A stretch of 64,000 bases of DNA, taken from Chloroflexota bacterium. Its GTDB lineage: Bacteria; Chloroflexota; UBA11872. Numbering within the stretch: position 1 is the first letter of the stretch; every line of letters begins with the position of its first letter. The stretch spans positions 606-64,605 of the forward strand of contig JAPPLN010000069.1 of NCBI GenBank assembly GCA_028874175.1, in the 5' to 3' direction. The notes under the pieces were generated by a model. It worked only from the letters and a program-made list of their open reading frames with translations, was not told where the DNA came from and made no database searches. Both the position numbers and the translations under genes were made by a program. Shown piece after piece: positions 17,248 to 25,913 of the stretch.

Positions 17248-18456
17248 CTACCACTTGCTGGACTCTTCGGCGTAGACGTGGTCGGGCAGCTTGTAGCTGA
17301 TGCCGGCCTCGTCGAACACCGAAACTTCAAGCAAGGACGTGAGATTGGTGTAGTTGGTCTGTTGCAGGTGCTTGTGAAAGAGCCGGCCCAGGGTGCGTTC
17401 GATACGGCCCTGCATGCGGAACCAGGGCAGTACGCCGACCGTTGGGCCGCCCGGATACTTCAGCTTGTTGGCGAGATCCTTGCCGATGAGCGCTCGGGAT
17501 ACGCGATACACGTACTTGGCCAGGTGGCGGCGCTCGTCCGGATCGGTCAGGCCGATCAGCAGCGGGGCGGAGTTGATGAGTGAGTTCGCCATCGCGATGC
17601 ACTCGAAGTCCGGGTCGGGCTCACAGATCCCGCCAATCTTGAAGATTTGCAGCGCTTCGGCTTCATCTCGGTACAAAATCGACTCGGGTATGCCCATCAG
17701 GTAGCCGCCGTAGCGCCAGACCTGCATGAAGCTGGCGCGTTCTTCGTCGTCATATACGGCGCCCAGGCTCTTCATGTGCTTAAGCAGTCGCGCAGAAAAG
17801 GCCGTAATGGCAAAGCCAAGGTGTGCGGCGCTCACGGGTTCGCCCAGCTCATCGAAGTCCCAATCGCCTGAGTTTGCGAGCAACCGTCGTACCTGGGCGT
17901 GAACCATGCGGACTCGGACGGACAGCTTCCAGCCATCGCCGCCTCGATCCATGCCACCGGGGACGAACATCTCCAGCATGTGCCGGTTGTTTTGTTTGAG
18001 CCGCCTGACTCCCTGCTCGCGCAGCCGGCCGGTCGTAAAAAACGACTTGCTGATATTGGTCGCGAACCCTTCGACCAGCGTTCCGCCGACAAATGCTCCC
18101 AGGATGATCCTGGAATTCCGATGAAACATGCGCATCCCGGGAATGAGCGCGGCTTCATCAACCCAGTCGGGGGGAGACTTCAGTTCCTCGAAGAAATCCC
18201 GGACTTCGCGCGGCGCATCAGCAAGCGCGCTCTCGTCATCCAGGTTGTCCATGGCCGTCTGAACGATCCGCCACGATTCCCGCGGCCCGAGATCTTCGAG
18301 CGTCGCCATCATCGCGTCGGCCGCCGGATCGCCGATGCGCGTGTGCGCGACGTAGTTGGCGGCTACGTCCGGATCGAGCGCTTGAGCCCTGGCGTAGCCA
18401 TCGCGATAGCAGGTTGGTAGGTCCGCCCCAGCAGCTCGCGATGTCCCAGGATCCAT
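17248..18456 (-). CDS. DUF2236 (MpaB/latex-clearing-protein-like) putative oxygenase
   Basis: 402 aa with conserved DUF2236 blocks (GAFVGGTLVEGFAT..., RMVHAQVRRLL). It sits 9 nt downstream of the MmpL gene in the same orientation. Confidence 0.6.
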   Translation of the reverse strand: MDPGTSRAAGADLPTCYRDGYARAQALDPDVAANYVAHTRIGDPAADAMMATLEDLGPRESWRIVQTAMDNLDDESALADAPREVRDFFEELKSPPDWVDEAALIPGMRMFHRNSRIILGAFVGGTLVEGFATNISKSFFTTGRLREQGVRRLKQNNRHMLEMFVPGGMDRGGDGWKLSVRVRMVHAQVRRLLANSGDWDFDELGEPVSAAHLGFAITAFSARLLKHMKSLGAVYDDEERASFMQVWRYGGYLMGIPESILYRDEAEALQIFKIGGICEPDPDFECIAMANSLINSAPLLIGLTDPDERRHLAKYVYRVSRALIGKDLANKLKYPGGPTVGVLPWFRMQGRIERTLGRLFHKHLQQTNYTNLTSLLEVSVFDEAGISYKLPDHVYAEESSKW

Positions 18457-18465
18457 ATGGCCGAC

Positions 18466-20652
18466 TTATTCGTCCTCGGCGGGTTCAACCCTCACATCGG
18501 GTAGCCAGCGCAGGAATGAGGGCAAGTACCAGTTGCGCTTGCCCAGCACCTCCATGCTAGCTGGAACCAGGACGGATCGAACGAGGGTTGCGTCGAGGAA
18601 TACCGCCACGGCCAGCCCGAAGCCGACCTGCTGGTTGATGATGGTTTCGCCGAGTGCAAAGCCGCCGAATACGGCGACCATGATCAGGGCCGCCCCGGTG
18701 ATGATGCCCGCGGTGGAACGAAGCCCGTAAGCCACGGCCTCGGCGTTGTCCCCCGTGTGGTCGTAGCGTTCGCGGATGCGGCTGAGCAGGAACACGTGGT
18801 AGTCCATGGAGAGACCGAACAGGATGGAAAACAGGAACAGCGGGATCCAGGCATCCACGACTTCCGCGTGGCGAAACCCCAGCAGTTCGGTCGCCACGCC
18901 TTTCTGGAAAACCAGGACCAGCAATCCGTAGGAGGCGCCCACGGACAGCAGGTTCATGATGACGGCCTTGATCGGGATGACGATCGAGCGGAAGACCAGC
19001 ATCAGCACGATGAAGCTGAATCCGAGGACGAACAGGAATACGAAGGGCGTGTAGATCTCAACAATCTCGAACACATCAGCCGTAATGGCGGTCACACCGC
19101 CCACAAGAACGTTCGCCTGCACGCCTTCAAATGCCGCCGGGATGTACTCGTCGCGCAAAGCCGTGACGGCGTCAACCGCAGCCTGGCTGCTCGATTCCCC
19201 GTGGATTACAAGCGTCAAGAGCGCCAGGTCACCCGCATCGTTGACGGTTGGCACCGGAGGAATAGGGAACCTGGGGTCATTGCTGAGCGTGGCCTGCAGG
19301 CGCTGAACCGCGCCCTGGACCTCGGGACTGTTGACGTTGCCGTCGACGACGACTTCGACCGGATTAACGATGCCGAACGAGAAGTTCTCTTCGAGGACAT
19401 AAAAGGCCTCGCGACTCTGCGTGCCCTCCGGGAAAGCATCGACACCGCTCAGGCCGGTCTTGATGTCGAAGTAGAAGATCGTCAACACGATCATGGGCAC
19501 GGCGATGGCGAGGATGCTGATGACCGGGAAGCGCATAACTTTCTCGGTAATGAACTCCCAGAACCCTGCCTTTGAATGGTCGGGGCTGGTCACCTTGAAG
19601 CGGCCGAGCAACGGCACCGGCAGCAGGTTCACCCGTGGTCCAAGCAGCGCCAGCACGGCCGGAAGCAGTGTCAACGTGGCCGCCAGGGCAACGGCCACGA
19701 CCAGGATGGCACCGATGGCCAGGGACTGGAAGAAGAGGAATGGGACGATCAGCATTCCGCAGATGGCAATGATGACGGTGACGCCACTGAAGAGGACGGT
19801 ACGTCCGGCCGTGGAGCCGGCGCGTTCGGCCGCCTCAAGCTTGTCGAGGCCGCGGTCCATTTCCTCGCGGAAGCGGGAGATGATGAGCAGTGAATAGTCG
19901 ATGCCGACGGCCAGGCCGATCATCGTGACCATCAGCGTGACGAAGAACACTAGTTGAAACGCCTGGCCGATCACCGCAACGAAGCCCAGAGCAATGACGA
20001 TGGCGACGATGGCGAGGCCAATAGGCGCAAGTGCCGCGACCAGCGATCCAAACAACGCCACAAGGATGAGAAGGGCCACAGGAATGCCGACCCGTTCGCC
20101 CTGCTCCAGGTCATGCAACGCAAGCTCGTTCTGCTCAACGGAAATACTGGCTCTACCGCTCGTCAGAACGCGGAAACCGTCCACCCCGTCGGCTGCCTCC
20201 ACGATCCCCAGGATGTGTTCGGCATGCCCTTCGGCCTCGTTGAGATCGCCGGCAAGCCGGAACGGCATGAGTGTGGTCCGGCGATCGGGAGATACCTGCC
20301 GTTCGTCACCGGTCAGGTAGTAGTTCAGGCCGGCCGTGACCGCGTCGGGACCTAGGGCAATGATCTGTCCAAATACAGTCTCGACTTTGGTCTTGAACGC
20401 GGGATCGTCGACGGTCAGGCTGTCCGACTGAACAATGACGATCTCGGTTATCGGTTCAGGGCCTCGGAGCCTGTCTTCCAGCAGTTCCGCCGCTTGCTGC
20501 GATCTTGCGCCCGAGCCCAGTTTCAGTTCAGTGGTCGTGGCACTGTCGAGCAACGCCTGACTCAGACCGCCCGCAACAACGGCGACAACAAGCCAGATTG
20601 CCAGCGTGACGAGCGGCCGCCGGGCGCTTATGCGGGCCAGATATCCAGTCAA
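18466..20652 (-). CDS. MMPL family RND-type transporter
   Basis: 728 aa with two repeats of a TM1, large periplasmic loop, then TM2-6 topology. The sequence is MmpL-like (LIISRFREEM, LLSRIRERYD motifs following each TM bundle). Confidence 0.85.
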   Translation of the reverse strand: MTGYLARISARRPLVTLAIWLVVAVVAGGLSQALLDSATTTELKLGSGARSQQAAELLEDRLRGPEPITEIVIVQSDSLTVDDPAFKTKVETVFGQIIALGPDAVTAGLNYYLTGDERQVSPDRRTTLMPFRLAGDLNEAEGHAEHILGIVEAADGVDGFRVLTSGRASISVEQNELALHDLEQGERVGIPVALLILVALFGSLVAALAPIGLAIVAIVIALGFVAVIGQAFQLVFFVTLMVTMIGLAVGIDYSLLIISRFREEMDRGLDKLEAAERAGSTAGRTVLFSGVTVIIAICGMLIVPFLFFQSLAIGAILVVAVALAATLTLLPAVLALLGPRVNLLPVPLLGRFKVTSPDHSKAGFWEFITEKVMRFPVISILAIAVPMIVLTIFYFDIKTGLSGVDAFPEGTQSREAFYVLEENFSFGIVNPVEVVVDGNVNSPEVQGAVQRLQATLSNDPRFPIPPVPTVNDAGDLALLTLVIHGESSSQAAVDAVTALRDEYIPAAFEGVQANVLVGGVTAITADVFEIVEIYTPFVFLFVLGFSFIVLMLVFRSIVIPIKAVIMNLLSVGASYGLLVLVFQKGVATELLGFRHAEVVDAWIPLFLFSILFGLSMDYHVFLLSRIRERYDHTGDNAEAVAYGLRSTAGIITGAALIMVAVFGGFALGETIINQQVGFGLAVAVFLDATLVRSVLVPASMEVLGKRNWYLPSFLRWLPDVRVEPAEDE

Positions 20653-20828
20653 GGCTTAACTCCCTCCATGCAACGACCGCTGACGAAGAACTCGCTGGGG
20701 TCTCGGTATCGCACGACGGATTTCGACAGTTGCCAATCCGCCTGAGCGGCACGACCGGAGGACGCTGCGTCCACGTTGACTCTCATCCGTCCGGGTTGGA
20801 GAGGAGACTGGCGGCAATATACAGCCTG

Positions 20829-20844
20829 GTGAATCATAGTTCAC
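20829..20844. promoter_or_regulatory. Inverted repeat GTGAA-N6-TTCAC in the 5' region of the MmpL operon
   Basis: Sequence GTGAATCATAGTTCAC lies ~180 nt upstream of the MmpL start in a 330-nt intergenic region. It is a candidate operator, but this is speculative. Confidence 0.2.
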
Positions 20845-20986
20845 GACACGACAGGCAGCGCTCGGAACCCCAAGCATCGTAGGCAAATGACCGAAACGAC
20901 CAACGTGTGAGGTTATCAGCGCGCAAGCGCGGCTTCCGATTTCGCCGGGATGCTTCGGGCCGCGGACAACGGCCATTCGCCAGAAA

Positions 20987-21754
20987 TCATGTGTAGAGCC
21001 CGATAACGCCGCGACGAGCGGCTTCGCGGTCGGCGCGCCGGAACATCACAATGCCGCCCAGCACCGCAAGAATCGCGCTGCCTCCAGCGACGGCAAGGTC
21101 AACAGCCAGCGGCGCGATCGTCGGCGTTCCCAGAACCAAGTGGCGCAGAGCGTCGAGCACGTAAGTGTGCGGAAACGCGTAGCTTAGCCAGCGGACGGAC
21201 CACGGCAGGATCGTGATCGGAAAGACCGTACCGGCCAGCACCAGGACGAGGCTGCTCACGATTGCCTGAGCGGCCCAGAAGCGCGTGGCCAGGAACAGGC
21301 TGCCGAACACGAGACCGAGGCCCCAGAACGTCGCCAGCCCGAACAGCAGCGGAATGACAGCCAACGCGGAGACAGACTGCGTTGACGGGCCAAAAAACAG
21401 AAACGCCAAAGCAATGATGATGGCGCCTTCGACCACCGCATCCGCCAGCGCCGCCAGGGACGCACCGAGGCAGAGGGCCCAGCGCGGGGCGGGCGTTGTC
21501 CATAGGGCGGGCAGGATGCCGACGCGATTTGCCTGGGAGAGGTACGCGATAGTGGCTGCCATTGGGCGGGTGGCCGCGTTGATGACGACGAGACCAACAG
21601 CGGCGAAGGTAACGAAGTCGCGGCCACCGCCGCTGGCCTCGAAACCCTCGGAACCGTAGGCCCGGCTCATCAACAGGATGGGCGCGAGGAACAGGAATGT
21701 CGTGACCATGCGAGCAGCCCAGACGATCCGAAAGCGGTTGTGCTCGCGCCACAT
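20987..21754 (-). CDS. ABC-2 type transporter permease (second permease)
   Basis: Six TM helices with ABC-2 family features. The ORF track start (21940) overlaps the upstream permease by 130 nt; the internal ATG at 21754 (MWREHNRFRIVWAARMV...) gives a typical ~256-aa permease. The exact start is uncertain. Confidence 0.7.
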   Translation of the reverse strand: MWREHNRFRIVWAARMVTTFLFLAPILLMSRAYGSEGFEASGGGRDFVTFAAVGLVVINAATRPMAATIAYLSQANRVGILPALWTTPAPRWALCLGASLAALADAVVEGAIIIALAFLFFGPSTQSVSALAVIPLLFGLATFWGLGLVFGSLFLATRFWAAQAIVSSLVLVLAGTVFPITILPWSVRWLSYAFPHTYVLDALRHLVLGTPTIAPLAVDLAVAGGSAILAVLGGIVMFRRADREAARRGVIGLYT

Positions 21755-21806
21755 CTGCGCGAAAGCGGCCAATACCACCGCACTCACACGACGAGCCCGC
21801 TGAACC

Positions 21807-22661
21807 TTAGAAGGCCTCAAGATGCCCTCGCTGACGCGCGTCGCGGTCGAATCGTGCGAACAGCCACATCCCACATACACCGAACACAAGTCCAAGACCG
21901 AGCAAGGCCCCAACCGATGCCCAGGCGGCCGTGGTGTCACTGAAGATGAGCGTCGCTCGGAGCCCGCGGATCATCCAGGTCGGGGGAAGGAAGTTGCCGG
22001 CGACCTGGGCCCAATCAGGGAGCACGGTTGTGGGGTAGGCCGGGCCTGCCAGGATTCCCATTCCCATCAGGAGCGTCTGCACAAGGATCATGCCGGCGCG
22101 CGCACGCAGGATGACCCCTGCCCAAATGAGACCGAATGCCCCGACAGCGAAGGTTGACGCGGCAAGAACGCCGATTAACGCCAACGGATCGATGCTGAGA
22201 GGGAAGCGGAGGATGGCCCAGGCAACGCCGAAGGCTATGAATGTCCGTGCGATGCCGACAGACATCCCCGATGCTCCCAGCCCGGCAACCCGGGCCAACA
22301 AGGATGTCGGCGTGGACCAGATCGAGCCCAGCGTTCCCTCGAAACGCTGGCCCTCAAGGACACCCCCAATATTCCCTCCGACCGTCGTCGCCCAGATCAT
22401 GGCCGTAGCGCCAATCGTGACGTAGGCCATGTAGTTATCCGTGCCGGCGAGCTCGACAAAAGGTTGAATGTGCTTGGCCTCGGGGCCAACGAGCGCTACG
22501 GCCGCCAATGCCATGGGTAGCACGGCAAACATTGCCATCCAGGCGCTGCTGACCAAGAAAGACGGCTGGCGCTGCTTCATGCGCCACCCCAGGCTGGTCA
22601 GTTGCAGCGTCGCCACGGCGTTCGTCCAAGCGAGTCGCACGCCCAACCTAAACCGGGGCAA
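21807..22661 (-). CDS. ABC-2 type transporter permease
   Basis: 284 aa, six predicted TM helices, overlaps the upstream ATPase gene end. Confidence 0.75.
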   Translation of the reverse strand: MPRFRLGVRLAWTNAVATLQLTSLGWRMKQRQPSFLVSSAWMAMFAVLPMALAAVALVGPEAKHIQPFVELAGTDNYMAYVTIGATAMIWATTVGGNIGGVLEGQRFEGTLGSIWSTPTSLLARVAGLGASGMSVGIARTFIAFGVAWAILRFPLSIDPLALIGVLAASTFAVGAFGLIWAGVILRARAGMILVQTLLMGMGILAGPAYPTTVLPDWAQVAGNFLPPTWMIRGLRATLIFSDTTAAWASVGALLGLGLVFGVCGMWLFARFDRDARQRGHLEAF

Positions 22662-23673
22662 ACGGTCCCTCGAGACGGCTGCCGGTCAGCTCGATGTAGG
22701 CGTCTTCCAGGGTGGCTTCGCGCAGGCGCGACTGGACAATCTCTGCGCCCGCCGCCGCCGCGCGTTGCGTGATGGTTTCCGCCGATCGCCAGCCGTCGGG
22801 CGCTCGCACCGCGACCTGAACGGCTCCATCGCTCTCGACCTCCCCCCACCAGAGGGCGGCCTCGCCGATAGCGGTGCGCGCCGCGGGCGTATTGCCGCGC
22901 AGCATCAATTCCAGGCGCGGCTCGACGCCGGCGCGGCTGATGAGGTCGGCTGGTCGATCTTCCGCGATGAGGCGGCCTTTATCGATGATCCCGACCCGGT
23001 CGCATACCTCGTCGGCTTCGTGCATGTTGTGGGTCGTCAGGAGGATCGCTTTGCCCTCCTGACGGAGCTCATCAACGAATCTGCGGGTCGCGCGCGCCGC
23101 GGCGGGGTCGAGGGCGGCCGTCGGCTCGTCCAAGAGCAGCACCGGCGGGTCGTGCATCAAGGTGCGAGCGAGATTGAGCCGCTGCTTCATTCCTGTGCTA
23201 TAGGACTCGACGAGTTCGTCCGTGCGATCGGCGAGACCGAGCCGTTCCATGAGTTCATCCGTGCGCTGACGAATCGCATTGCCGTCCATGAATACGAGAC
23301 GCCCGAACATCTGGAGGTTTTCGCGGCCGGTGAGCCGCCAGAACACGCCGCGCTCGCCGGCAAACATCACGCCGATGTGTGTGCGCACCTCGGTGCCGTG
23401 GCGAACGGTGTCGTGCCCGCAGATGCGCGCGCTGCCGGAGGTCGGTTCGAGCAGCGTCGAGAGCATGCGAGCCATGGTCGTCTTGCCGGCGCCGTTGGGG
23501 CCGAGCAGTCCGTAGACCTCGCCGGCTTCGACTGAGAGCGACACGTTGTCGACGGCGACGATCAGATCGTCCGTTGTTTCCGTCGGACGCCGACGCAGCA
23601 AATCCCAGGGCCTGCGCGGCGGCCGCCGACGCTCGAAGTGCTTGGTGAGTTGGACCGTCTCTATCGGAGGCAT
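22648..23673 (-). CDS. ABC transporter ATP-binding protein
   Basis: Walker [10 protein letters not shown], signature YSTGMKQR, Walker [12 protein letters not shown] and H-loop TTHNM are present, with a C-terminal regulatory-type extension. Confidence 0.85.
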   Translation of the reverse strand: MPPIETVQLTKHFERRRPPRRPWDLLRRRPTETTDDLIVAVDNVSLSVEAGEVYGLLGPNGAGKTTMARMLSTLLEPTSGSARICGHDTVRHGTEVRTHIGVMFAGERGVFWRLTGRENLQMFGRLVFMDGNAIRQRTDELMERLGLADRTDELVESYSTGMKQRLNLARTLMHDPPVLLLDEPTAALDPAAARATRRFVDELRQEGKAILLTTHNMHEADEVCDRVGIIDKGRLIAEDRPADLISRAGVEPRLELMLRGNTPAARTAIGEAALWWGEVESDGAVQVAVRAPDGWRSAETITQRAAAAGAEIVQSRLREATLEDAYIELTGSRLEGPFAPV

Positions 23674-23801
23674 TGCGACTCGGGCATCCGCCCTAGAAAG
23701 AACTGAGACTCAGCCTAAGGGCTGCAGCCGGCCATGGCACCGGGAATGCGCAAGACCTCCGCTGTCCGACTGTTGAGAGCTTCGATTTCTGGCCTCCAGA
23801 C

Positions 23802-23877
23802 TGGTGGGCCGGGTGGGTCTCGAACCCACGACCTTCGGATTAAAAGTCCGCTGCTCTGCCAACTGAGCTACCAGCCC
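23802..23877 (-). tRNA. tRNA-Lys (anticodon TTT)
   Basis: The reverse complement reads GGGCTGGTAGCTCAGTTGGCAGAGCAGCGGACTTTTAATCCGAAGGTCGTGGGTTCGAGACCCACCCGGCCCACCA. It folds as a cloverleaf with a 7-bp acceptor stem, D-loop AGCTCAGTTGGCAGAGC, anticodon loop CTTTTAA (anticodon UUU), T-arm GGTTCGAGACC, and an encoded CCA. Confidence 0.9.
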
Positions 23878-23972
23878 ATCTGAGCTTACCCAGCGATGCG
23901 CGAACGGCCTGAGCCTCGCTTGCGGGCGGCTTCGGATAATGCGCATGGATCGACAGGGAGGCGGAGGGACCG

Positions 23973-24704
23973 ATGGGGGTATTGGACGGCAAGGTCGCGA
24001 TCGTGACCGGCTCGAATCGCGGCATCGGCCGCGGGATCGCTCGTGGATTTGCGCGCGCGGGCGCCAGCCTGGCGCTGGCGGCGCGGGACGCAGCACTGTT
24101 GGGAGAAGCTGCGGACGAGTTTCGCGAGTTGGGCGCTGAGGTCGCGGCCATTCCGACGGACGTCACCGATGAAGGAGCCGTGGACGCTCTGATTGATGGA
24201 ACTCTCGAGCGGTTCGGCCAACTTGATGTGCTGGTGAACAACGCCGGCGTCGCCGAGCACGCCCCGCTGGTAGAGATGTCGCTGGAAGCCTGGCAACGCA
24301 CGATAGACGTCAACCTGACCGGGCCGTTCCTCTGCGCGCGCGCCGCGCTTCGAGTTATGGCGGCGGCCGGACGCGGACGGATCATCAACGTGGCCAGCAT
24401 TTCCTCGCAGCGGGTGCGGCCGTCGTCGGCTTCATACAGCGCTTCCAAGTTCGGGTTGTGGGGCTTGACCCAGGTCATCGCGCTGGAGGGCCGAGCCCAC
24501 GGGGTGTCGTGTAGTTGCCTAAATCCCGGAAATACCTGGGTTGAGCGACGGTCTGGCACGCCGCGGCGCGAGGACGAGGAACCGATGATGACGGTGGACG
24601 AACTAGCTACTGCCGCCGTGACCATGGCCGCCATGCCGGACCACGTGAACATGCTGGAAGCGACGGTGCTGCCAGTAGGTCAGCCGTTCATCGGGCGTGG
24701 CTAG
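23973..24704 (+). CDS. SDR family oxidoreductase (short-chain dehydrogenase/reductase)
   Basis: TGSNRGIG glycine-rich NAD(P)-binding motif, NNAG motif, and catalytic S...YSASK (YxxxK) are present. Confidence 0.85.
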   Translation: MGVLDGKVAIVTGSNRGIGRGIARGFARAGASLALAARDAALLGEAADEFRELGAEVAAIPTDVTDEGAVDALIDGTLERFGQLDVLVNNAGVAEHAPLVEMSLEAWQRTIDVNLTGPFLCARAALRVMAAAGRGRIINVASISSQRVRPSSASYSASKFGLWGLTQVIALEGRAHGVSCSCLNPGNTWVERRSGTPRREDEEPMMTVDELATAAVTMAAMPDHVNMLEATVLPVGQPFIGRG

Positions 24705-24735
24705 TGTGAGGACGGCCAGAGCGGGGCGGACGCGA

Positions 24736-24753
24736 ATGTTTCACGTGAAACAT
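24736..24753. repeat. 18-bp perfect palindrome ATGTTTCACGTGAAACAT (copy 2)
   Basis: Identical to the copy at 7320..7337. It lies between the convergent SDR and PmoA-family genes. Confidence 0.9.
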
Positions 24754-24812
24754 CGGCGAGAAACGACATTTCTTTCTCCGACAACCGGGGCCTGACCACC
24801 AGTCGCTGATCG

Positions 24813-25745
24813 CTACTCCCCGGCGCGGAAGCGCTGGAACTCGCCGGCGATGTCGGCGTCGTTGTGGTCGCCGTCGTGGATGACGAAGCGGACGGTCTGG
24901 TCCCAGGGCTGCTCGGCGGTGATCTCGACGGCCTGGTCGCGCATGGTGCTGACGCAGATGGAGCCGTAGTCGCGGACGAACCAGGGAGCGCCGTCGAACG
25001 AGGCGTCGGGCAGGATTCCCACGCCGGCGATCTTGTCGAAGGCCAGGGGGCCGTGGGCGTCGACCCAGTCGGCGGCCTGGTCGAAGATTTCGGCCTCGTT
25101 GGTGCGGCCCTCGGAGTCCTTGATGACGCCGTCGTGGGTGACGTGCAGGCGGTCGGCCAGGCGGACGCCGTAGTAGCTGTGTTTGGTGGGCCCGATGGTG
25201 ACGTTGCCCGGGGACTTGGCTGAGCCGGCGACGGGCTTGCCGGGGACCGGGGTGCCGTCGGCGAGGAGTCCGGCGGGAGCGGAGGGGCCGCCGCCAGGGA
25301 CGAGCTGGGACCTGATGGTGAGCAGGTTGGAGGTTTCGCCAGGCTGGATATCGGTGGTGCGGGTTTCGACCAGCATGAGGCGGCCGTCGCGGTCGCTCCA
25401 GTCGGGGGCTCCCCGCCATTCGAGGGTTTGGGTTACGCGTAGCTTGTCGGCGGCCAGTTGCTCCCAGGAGGCGTCGATTTCCCGGATTGCGCCAGCGGTG
25501 CGGCCGCCGTAGGCGCTTTCGACGTAGAAGTTGTAGCCGTTGACCTCTTCGGCGGCGATCCAAATGGAGCGGTGATGCGGGTGGTCCACCGGAGTTTCGT
25601 CGGTGACGGCCTGGCCGGCGGGGGTATAGACGGGGTACAGGTAGTTGCGCGTGTGGCCCTGGTTGAACGCGGTGATGAAGCGCCCGCCCCAGCTCACCAT
25701 GCGGCGGGACTGCAGGACGTCAATGGTGAACGCGCTCATGGGCAA
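24813..25745 (-). CDS. PmoA-family (DUF6807-like) protein
   Basis: 310 aa. The conserved HPHHRSIW motif and overall length are typical of the so-called PmoA family of uncharacterised proteins. This is a family assignment from memory, not a functional call. Confidence 0.5.
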   Translation of the reverse strand: MPMSAFTIDVLQSRRMVSWGGRFITAFNQGHTRNYLYPVYTPAGQAVTDETPVDHPHHRSIWIAAEEVNGYNFYVESAYGGRTAGAIREIDASWEQLAADKLRVTQTLEWRGAPDWSDRDGRLMLVETRTTDIQPGETSNLLTIRSQLVPGGGPSAPAGLLADGTPVPGKPVAGSAKSPGNVTIGPTKHSYYGVRLADRLHVTHDGVIKDSEGRTNEAEIFDQAADWVDAHGPLAFDKIAGVGILPDASFDGAPWFVRDYGSICVSTMRDQAVEITAEQPWDQTVRFVIHDGDHNDADIAGEFQRFRAGE

Positions 25746-25913
25746 GATCTTTCGGGCAAGCCTGACTGAGCGGTCATTATGCGATGCGGGCCGCGCGCCG
25801 GGACTTTCGGATCGACGTCCGCCGAACGGTCTACGGCTTGGGAACAGCCCACGCTGACGAGTGAAAGTTAGTAGGTTTGCGCGCGAATTGGCCTCTCTCG
25901 ACGAACTACATAC

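Noticed and set aside
20656-20976. 106-aa minus-strand ORF in the MmpL upstream intergenic region
   Set aside because: No start-proximal RBS or domain features. The composition resembles the neighbouring non-coding frame artefacts, and it more likely covers the promoter/operator region of the MmpL operon.
23710-24096. 128-aa minus-strand ORF overlapping the tRNA-Lys gene
   Set aside because: It runs straight through a clearly folded tRNA and into the SDR gene on the other strand, so it is spurious.
24721-24780. Possibility that the 18-bp palindrome copy 2 is simply the intrinsic terminator for the convergent SDR and PmoA genes
   Set aside because: This is not fully rejected. The stem would be AT-rich (7 bp) with no flanking T-tract on either side, which is weak for a terminator. 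The identical copy at 7320 is not in a convergent context. An operator or dispersed-repeat explanation fits both copies better.
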